Virus record (IMG/VR): IMGVR_UViG_3300036770_001786
Coordinates: 1 to 59,163 of that record
Reading direction: 5' to 3' (one strand)
DNA: 59,163 nucleotides
Origin: a virus
In this document: one piece after another, positions 53,901 through 59,163 of the stretch
Layout: each line of letters opens with the position of its first letter
How positions within the stretch are numbered: the first letter of the stretch is position 1
Position numbers and translations under genes: made by a program
Notes under the pieces: generated by a model
Told to the model about the DNA's origin: nothing
Databases searched by the model: none
The model's input: only the letters and a program-made list of their open reading frames with translations

Positions 53901-56267
53901 ATAACACTGCAAGAAGCCATTCGACGTACCCAATGTCATCGCCGTTGTTCTGGCTGACATGTCAACGTTACCTATAGGCTGTTTACCAACGTTAGCAGCG
54001 CCACCACCAAGCGTCACCGTACCTGCTGCACCGGTATTGTCAAAAACTGCGGTGTCCTGCGCCAAAGGAAAATAGTCGGTTGATGGAGACCCACCTGATG
54101 TGGCTGCCCACCCATTGTCATCCCAGTTTTGGGTGCCAGCAAGGTTCCAATACACCGTTTTAGGGGCGGGAAAAACAATTCCTGAGTTACCACCACAGTC
54201 GCCTGCCCTAGTGGGCGTAGACCCGGCAGCAGACCCTGTAACTGCTATGTCTCTAAAATCGACATCAGACGCCGTTAAGCTACCGATATTCAACGTCCTT
54301 GGCGTACCCGCAGTATTAGACAACAAGAATATTCTATTGTTTCCTGCCGTTCCAGAAGAAGAAAGTGTTCCAATAGTTTGATTGCCACCGAAGAAAATTC
54401 TTTGTTGGGCACGACTACTATTATATGTGGATGCCGTAATTGCTATTGTATTAAAGGTGTTGTCACCAGTAATAGTGCATTCGGTTTGATCTGTTGATAT
54501 AAAATTTACATTATAAAAAGTTTGACCAGCGCCAAAGAAGTTAAAATTCGTAGATATTGATGGTCTATCAATATTAAGGGTTGAAGTTCCAAAATCTGAC
54601 GTAAAGTTGATGGCACCAGTAAAATTAATTGATGGTGCGCCTGCCATAGAAATAGTGCTTGACCCAGCGATAAAAGATCTAGGTAGAGTTCCAGATGTGT
54701 TTAATGCGGTAGCAGTCAAAGCATAACTATCTGTATCAAAAGTGCCAGAAGTAATTGTAATACCTCCGGTGATGGTCAATGCGCTAGTTAACGTTAGGGT
54801 GCCACCGAACAAATTCGTGGTTATGCTAAGGGGCAAGGTTTTACCCGCTGAATCTAAATCTAGGTCATTGTTCCCTGAAAAGGTAAGTGTTCCACTACCA
54901 CCAGCGGTAATTCCAGATCCGAGGGTGAGGTCACCATATATGGCTGTTGATGAAAACGTAAGCGTAAGAGCGGTCGTCCTGGCAGACGCATCTATTGCGG
55001 AAGTGTAAACTGAATTAATGTTTTGCGTACCGGCAGTTGTGTTCTCGTCATAAACTGCCGTGTCCTGGGGCAGCGGGTAATAAATATTGCTAGGAGACCC
55101 GCCGCTTGTGTTTGACCATTGAACAGCATTCCAGTTGCCAGTTCCAATACGGTAAACAGTTTTGGGCGCAGTAAAGGTAACGCCATCGACATTTTCAAGT
55201 TTACCAATTCGAGTACCTGACAACGGGGCTGCGGTACCTTGAATTCTAAGATTTTGAAAATAGGTATCTACTAAAGTGGTAGACGCACTATTGATAGTTA
55301 CTGTTCGTTTAACGCCACTTGCAGATCCCGTATCAAACTTAACCCATCTAACACCGGGTTCTGTATTAGATATAGTAATAGGGCCATTAATAACAATATT
55401 ATCAGCCGCCATTTCAACCTGTATCTGACTAAGTGTTGAGACAGCTTGAGCATTTATTTCAATGCCATTGACCAAGGTAACCGGGCTAGTGATGCGGCAC
55501 AGATTAGCCTTGTTCATTTTAATCTGATAAAAAGTTTTTCCGTTTGCGTTCAGGGTTCCTTGACCAATAGCGCTAGAAAAGGTTAATCCACCTTCTTCTA
55601 CTAAAAATGTTTCCGTGCCTGAAACCCAATTACACGCCGCATTAATTGTTAGACCTTGACCGCTATTAAATCTATAACCTTTTTGCTTTACTGTTGCAGA
55701 TCCAGCATTAAGGGTTATATTTGCACCAACAGAAAAATTAGATTCAAAAAAGAAAAGAGAGCTATTCCAGTTAATTGTGGTTGTTGCAGTACCACTAAAA
55801 TATATGCTTCCAGGATCGGATCTAGCTCTAATGCCAAGTGGGGCATTAATATCAATAGTTGCCCCAGCACCACCGTCAAAAATTGCATCTTTAAAAGTTA
55901 CTGCGTACGCAATGTTAATGGTATTTGTTTTTCCAGCGGCAGCTATAAAGTAAAAAGGTGTGTCATTAGAGGTGTTGAAACCGACTGGGTCATCCCACTG
56001 AACATTGCCGAGCCACCGATTACCGGGAAATGTGCCGCCAGTATCAAAAACTACAGAATATCCAACGCCGGAAATTGTAGAATCATTTACTTGTGCAAAA
56101 TTATAATTAGACACACTAATGTTCGCGCCAGTGTGCGAATTAGCGTCAAAAAACACGTTATCTGTTGATGTAGGAACAGATGCCCCGCCAGAACCACCGG
56201 AGCTTGTAGACCACTTAGCGGTGTCGGTCCATGAACCAGACCCGCCTATCCAATAGCGATCAGCCAT
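50934..56267 (-). CDS. Giant (1,777 aa) repetitive beta-helix fibre/adhesin-like protein
   Basis: There are five copies of the Y-W-x-G-G-x-G-x-W...W...SGG...P...D...(F/Y)D module and two copies of the ELASTKTVAH...TGTSGNVV...DYL...YVGANS end module. GC content is much lower than the rest of the genome. Confidence 0.8.
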   Translation of the reverse strand: MADRYWIGGSGSWTDTAKWSTSSGGSGGASVPTSTDNVFFDANSHTGANISVSNYNFAQVNDSTISGVGYSVVFDTGGTFPGNRWLGNVQWDDPVGFNTSNDTPFYFIAAAGKTNTINIAYAVTFKDAIFDGGAGATIDINAPLGIRARSDPGSIYFSGTATTTINWNSSLFFFESNFSVGANITLNAGSATVKQKGYRFNSGQGLTINAACNWVSGTETFLVEEGGLTFSSAIGQGTLNANGKTFYQIKMNKANLCRITSPVTLVNGIEINAQAVSTLSQIQVEMAADNIVINGPITISNTEPGVRWVKFDTGSASGVKRTVTINSASTTLVDTYFQNLRIQGTAAPLSGTRIGKLENVDGVTFTAPKTVYRIGTGNWNAVQWSNTSGGSPSNIYYPLPQDTAVYDENTTAGTQNINSVYTSAIDASARTTALTLTFSSTAIYGDLTLGSGITAGGSGTLTFSGNNDLDLDSAGKTLPLSITTNLFGGTLTLTSALTITGGITITSGTFDTDSYALTATALNTSGTLPRSFIAGSSTISMAGAPSINFTGAINFTSDFGTSTLNIDRPSISTNFNFFGAGQTFYNVNFISTDQTECTITGDNTFNTIAITASTYNSSRAQQRIFFGGNQTIGTLSSSGTAGNNRIFLLSNTAGTPRTLNIGSLTASDVDFRDIAVTGSAAGSTPTRAGDCGGNSGIVFPAPKTVYWNLAGTQNWDDNGWAATSGGSPSTDYFPLAQDTAVFDNTGAAGTVTLGGGAANVGKQPIGNVDMSARTTAMTLGTSNGFLQCYGNWTWGTGVTSTVSVAGISFSKRGTQTFTSNGVTTGFPLSVGSGVSNAPESTIFVLGDAFAGQSMSLFQGTMDANNYNVTINNFDTSTGIAAFVRVVKGGTGLWTLTGTGTVWHSGGIFDSSNILCHNTEFLLSNNTSTARTFLTRGAAYKKITIGGTSSTSTTTFSTGSASSDTVYIGELASTKTVAHTIAFNNNSTYHIGVWSVTGTSGNVVTVNRASGGVWNLLLYRRTSGIDYLNVINCTVSTLSPAEFYVGANSTDGGGNTRAVFTATPSPRTLYWVGGTGNWSDSARWSLSSGGGGGEAQPTSFDDVVFDSSSNATGYTMTIDSSLGARCQKLTINGPATGNITWAGSQPMYIHDDISLAGGANITRTFTGALNLNGYTAGHTFDSNGVTFASTLNVSTFTGEWAFSSAYTNTGSIVVLLGSIDFDTYNVTAGAISATTGYTKKIIDFGSGTITLSGGTPIDFGSNILTSDPLSTVAGTSTISITSSGNITFNGNGKSFYNLTYATASSSRSDSINGQNQNTYQAGNTFNDLTYRTINGDGVNTLNINNNTTIGGTLTASGASGIRRTVLQSGTLGTQRTITLNALAGSSQDINFRDISIAGTASPISGTRFGDMGGNSGITMSAAKNVYRLGTGNWLTNNWAPSSGGSANTDNFPLPQDTAIFDESTTAGTHNINYTTAISSIDASARTSALTLSFNGANTVYGGIVLGSGITVSGTSAQTFSFQGNQFLDSAGKTVTFPMTITSINGNVQLSGAWTSSNTITLNSGTLSLSSYTLTCTVFTSTTSTARTVNFGSGVFNLTSTGTMWNVSTSTNFSVIKGSGEIFCSSTVASNRTFTGSAANITIAYPKLTIGGTTTTSNFILSGNNYFTELASTKTVAHAIYPQNTTTTVDAFTITGTSGNVVNFIGTSLGDPGVFVIKSTLPIQNLDYLRFTSMRLFPYNDVWYVGANSTSVSEIGAIFAVAPAPPVPVSAGEMFLLFM

Positions 56268-56277
56268 TGCTTACCCC

Positions 56278-56571
56278 TTAAACTTTGTAGTACCAGACGC
56301 CGTTTATTTCAATTAATTTGGCACCCGATGGTGGAACGCCATCAAGCCTTGTGTAAGTCTCTTCCGCAATAACCACCGTATCCGGATGCTCCGGCGTTGG
56401 TTCGGGCGGGGGCGGGGGAGGAGGGTTGTCTACCGCATAAATCCAATTATCCCGGCGCTGCTCTTTCATGGCCTGAATCTCAGCGTCAGAATAAGTGTGA
56501 TTGTCGGGCAGGTTCAATGCATCTTTAAACTTGCCGTGCTTGGTATTAAACTCAAAATCGATCTTAATCAT
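56278..56571 (-). CDS. Small protein with a poly-Pro linker (97 aa), possible fibre chaperone or connector
   Basis: ATG 56571 overlaps the TAA of fibre B (TAATG). Sequence MIKIDFEFNTKHGKF...NPPPPPPPEPTPEHP...INGVWYYKV. The track start at 56631 is unlikely. Confidence 0.65.
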   Translation of the reverse strand: MIKIDFEFNTKHGKFKDALNLPDNHTYSDAEIQAMKEQRRDNWIYAVDNPPPPPPPEPTPEHPDTVVIAEETYTRLDGVPPSGAKLIEINGVWYYKV

Positions 56572-57788
56572 TACGCCTCCTGTGATAAAGCCACTACATC
56601 CCAACGACTGCTTGCAGTGTTGTACACACAACCAAAGTAGGTTGTCTTGTTAATAGTTAGGGCATAGGTAAAGTCGCTGCCAGCCACCGTTAAGTTGGCT
56701 CCAATAGGCTTAAATGCCTTGCTTGCCCCACCCGTAAATGTAATCGTTCGAGCCGTACCATCACAAGTGAACCGAAAGATCATCTTCTGACCGTTGGTCG
56801 GTGATCCAGAGTCTGCGCTAATTGTCAGGTCTCCTGCCTGGGCGGTAGCGGCGTACATGTCATAGTCATCGCTATCCCAGGCCAACGGGGAGGAGATAGA
56901 GGTAGTCGAGTTAACACGCTGCGTGATCGTCTTGTTGGTCAGCGTCTGGGTGTCTGTGGTGCCGACAATAGTCCCAGAAGGCGCCGTTAAAGACGTTGTC
57001 CAGGCAGACCCGGTGGATACCGCTATGCCGGCCCCAGGATAGGCTGTAACGCCCGTATTGCCGATCGTGATAGATCCGGTGCCATTGGTTACCGAAATGC
57101 CCGTACCAGCCGTCAGAGTCGATTTGGTAAGCGTGTTGCCCGTGGTATTTCCGATCAGCAGCTCGCCGTTCACATAGCTGGTCTGGCCGGTACCGCCGTT
57201 GGCCACCGGAACGGTCTGCACATATTCAGGAGCGCTTGCCCCTGCGCGAAGCAGATACCCGCTTGTGCCCAAAGCTAGGGTAGTAGTTGCGCCTGCACCA
57301 GTCTGGTAAACCAGCGATCCCGCCGCGCCTCCAGCCACGTTGGTGGCCGTGGTGGCCGTCCCCACTGACACAGAGGAGGCGGCGGTCCACTGGGGTGCCG
57401 TGCCGCTCGACGTCATGATCGTGGTATTTGCGCCAATGGGGAGCTTGCTCAGTGCCGTGCCGGTGGCGTAGTAAACGATGTCGCCAGCAGTGTATGACGA
57501 CAGCCCAGTACCACCGTTGGACGTGATCAGCGTACCCGAGACCGTAACGTTTCCGCTGGTGCCCGTGCTCGGGGTCAGGCCGGTTGATCCGAATGAGATG
57601 CTTGTGACCGGCGCAGATACCGAAGCGTCTGCAAGAAGTTTTACCACTCCAGAGGCATTTTTGAAGTAGAGCTTCTCGTCTGCAATGTTGATTGCCAGCT
57701 CGCCGTCGTTAAGGTTCAGCGCTGTCGGCACCGCCGCCGGCGTGGTGGAGTGGTAAGAAATAATCGGGGTAAAGCCGGTCTGTGCCAT
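56571..57788 (-). CDS. Tail fibre B (405 aa)
   Basis: N-terminal LNDGELAINIADEKLYFKNASGVVKLL fibre motif. It shares the NGGTGLSSYTAGDIVYYATGTALSKLPIG...SSGTAPQW unit with fibre A. TAATG-coupled to fibre A. Confidence 0.8.
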   Translation of the reverse strand: MAQTGFTPIISYHSTTPAAVPTALNLNDGELAINIADEKLYFKNASGVVKLLADASVSAPVTSISFGSTGLTPSTGTSGNVTVSGTLITSNGGTGLSSYTAGDIVYYATGTALSKLPIGANTTIMTSSGTAPQWTAASSVSVGTATTATNVAGGAAGSLVYQTGAGATTTLALGTSGYLLRAGASAPEYVQTVPVANGGTGQTSYVNGELLIGNTTGNTLTKSTLTAGTGISVTNGTGSITIGNTGVTAYPGAGIAVSTGSAWTTSLTAPSGTIVGTTDTQTLTNKTITQRVNSTTSISSPLAWDSDDYDMYAATAQAGDLTISADSGSPTNGQKMIFRFTCDGTARTITFTGGASKAFKPIGANLTVAGSDFTYALTINKTTYFGCVYNTASSRWDVVALSQEA

Positions 57789-59163
57789 TAGAAGGTACCT
57801 CCAGAAATGCCGCTGGTTGCTACCAGATTCGGAACGGTTAATGTGTTAGTGCTGGGATTGTAGGTAAGGTCTGTGTCCACTTCTATACCCTGATTGCCGG
57901 AGGTAGCATCTACAAAGGCGGGATAAAAGGTCGCATTAGTTGATGTTGCCGTGACCGCTACATTGGTCGCATTGGTCGCGGTACCTACAGATACTGTGGC
58001 GGGGTCTGTGTACTGAGGTGCAGATGCCCCTGCAGTCAAGATGTGCCCTGATGTACCAAGCGCTAAAAATGTTGTGGTGCCCGACGCGGTGTTGTAGACC
58101 AATTGACCCGCGCCACCCCCTGCCACATTGGTGGCAGTGCCTACAGATACGTTGGCAGGGTCAACATACTCCGGCGCACTAGCACCGGCTCTTAGCAAGA
58201 ACGTGGACGATCCAAGCGCCAAGAATGTTGTGGTACTAGATGCTGTGTTGTAAACAATCTGGCCCGCCCCACCGCCAGCGACGTTGGTCGCAACCCCCAC
58301 CGTAACTCCTGTGGGATCACTCCACTGCGGCGCGGTTCCAGAGGATGTGAGAAGGAATGTGCTAGAGCCAATAGCGAGATTGGATAGCGCCGTACCGGTC
58401 GCGTAATAAACAAGATCTCCTGCGGTGTATGTAGATAGTCCTGTGCCGCCATTGCCGATAGGCAGGGTTCCTGTGACTGCCGCTGATTGATCAAGTGACA
58501 CCGCGCCAAATGCGATTGAAGTGCCTGACCGACGCAAGACTTGATGATCGGACGCCGCCGTTATGTCTGCAACATCACCGGTTGAGTTCGCTGATCTACC
58601 GACTACTGAGAGGCCAGCAGACTGTCTAAAGAGCGCGTCTGTAATACCGTTCGTCGTGACCAAAAACTGAGTGCCATTGAGAGTCAGGCCGGTGCCCGCA
58701 GAGTAGATCTGGGCAGAAGATATCTGCACGAATGTGATGGCCGTCGTGCCAAAGGTAATAGTGCCAGTGGTATTGCAGGTATAAAGTTCACCAGCACCAG
58801 TATTACCTTCTTGTACGAATACAGTAGAACCCTCACCCAGGGTGTCCGGACTTGCTAATCCGTAGCTGTCCGCGTCGGTTGCTCGGGTTAATTCCCAGTC
58901 GGTGGAGATTGATCCCGTATTCGAGACGTAATAAATGCCGTTTTCTACAGGGTCGGTCTGAGTATAAATAAGGACGCGATCGTTGAGGCTTAATGTCACG
59001 CCATCGATGACGAGCGCCACCTGCGTACCCGCGTTGGTCAGTGTTGCGCCTACTCCTGACACGCCATTGTCGTAAGTCGCCGTTAATGGTGTTGGAGACT
59101 CAACGCGTACCGGAGCGTGAAAATGCACGCCAGAAACCACCAACGTATCGACATACTGCTTGG
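57788..59163 (-). CDS. Tail fibre A, C-terminal part (same ORF as 1..1885; 59038-59163 duplicates 1-126)
   Basis: The frame is open to the window edge, and the track start (TTG at 59143) is internal. It contains KQYVD, tandem 52-aa units and ends ...TSGISGGTF. Confidence 0.88.
   Translation of the reverse strand, partial: KQYVDTLVVSGVHFHAPVRVESPTPLTATYDNGVSGVGATLTNAGTQVALVIDGVTLSLNDRVLIYTQTDPVENGIYYVSNTGSISTDWELTRATDADSYGLASPDTLGEGSTVFVQEGNTGAGELYTCNTTGTITFGTTAITFVQISSAQIYSAGTGLTLNGTQFLVTTNGITDALFRQSAGLSVVGRSANSTGDVADITAASDHQVLRRSGTSIAFGAVSLDQSAAVTGTLPIGNGGTGLSTYTAGDLVYYATGTALSNLAIGSSTFLLTSSGTAPQWSDPTGVTVGVATNVAGGGAGQIVYNTASSTTTFLALGSSTFLLRAGASAPEYVDPANVSVGTATNVAGGGAGQLVYNTASGTTTFLALGTSGHILTAGASAPQYTDPATVSVGTATNATNVAVTATSTNATFYPAFVDATSGNQGIEVDTDLTYNPSTNTLTVPNLVATSGISGGTF
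57986..58297. repeat. Two tandem 156-nt (52-aa) coding repeats in fibre A
   Basis: G(V/T)ATNVAGGGAGQ(I/L)VYNTAS.TTTFLALG.S...L.AGASAP(E/Q)Y.DPA.VSV occurs twice. A more diverged third unit lies upstream (about 58298-58450), and related units occur in fibre B. Confidence 0.8.
59038..59163. repeat. Terminal overlap copy 2, identical to 1-126
   Basis: See the first feature. Confidence 0.97.

Noticed and set aside
1-59163. A search by eye for tRNA genes, integrase/excisionase, repressor-type lysogeny genes, a phage RNA polymerase, a prohead protease and a reverse transcriptase/DGR.
   Set aside because: I recognised no tRNA-like T-arm (GGTTCGAAT-type) outside coding frames and no matching protein motifs. 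Absence is by eye only and needs tRNAscan/HMM confirmation.

Overview
The window is a complete, circularly closed tailed-phage genome. Bases 1-126 are identical to 59038-59163, so the unique length is about 59,037 bp. Every credible gene is on the minus strand, and the long plus-strand ORFs in the track are antisense shadows. Two gene-free, repeat-dense regions (about 16.33-16.79 kb and 35.67-36.17 kb) divide the circle into two modules.

(1) Early/replication module, 35666 down to 16789:
- AEP primase, SNF2 helicase, SF1 helicase, an SSB-tip protein and a family-A DNA polymerase.
- An adjacent PurZ-like / MazG-like / HD-hydrolase set, the signature of 2-aminoadenine (Z) DNA.
- An NrdR-like zinc ribbon, an HDAC-family deacetylase, a DUF932 protein, many small ORFans and a VRR-NUC-like nuclease.

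(2) Late module, 16330 down to 1, wrapping to 59037 and on down to 36174:
- TerS, GTA-type TerL, portal, GroES-like protein, scaffold, decoration-like protein and HK97-fold capsid protein.
- A beta-helix protein, a basic GG-repeat protein and an adaptor carrying a discoidin-like insert.
- Three fibre genes, holin, M15 endolysin, a nozzle-like protein and giant internal proteins.

Most notable observations:
- The Z-genome cluster.
- About 25 TGGAAC/GTTCCA octamer iterons concentrated in the two module boundaries. They are ori and/or early-late switch candidates.
- At least 7 near-identical super-consensus sigma70 promoter plus leader cassettes in the early module.
- A lower-GC island of about 6.8 kb carrying a 1,777-aa internally duplicated beta-helix fibre plus the lysis cassette.
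- A 1,044-aa fibre gene split by the linearisation point and missing from the ORF track.

I saw no tRNA, integrase, CRISPR array or phage RNA polymerase. All functional calls come from reading motifs against remembered family signatures. No database or HMM search was run, so family names are hypotheses to confirm.
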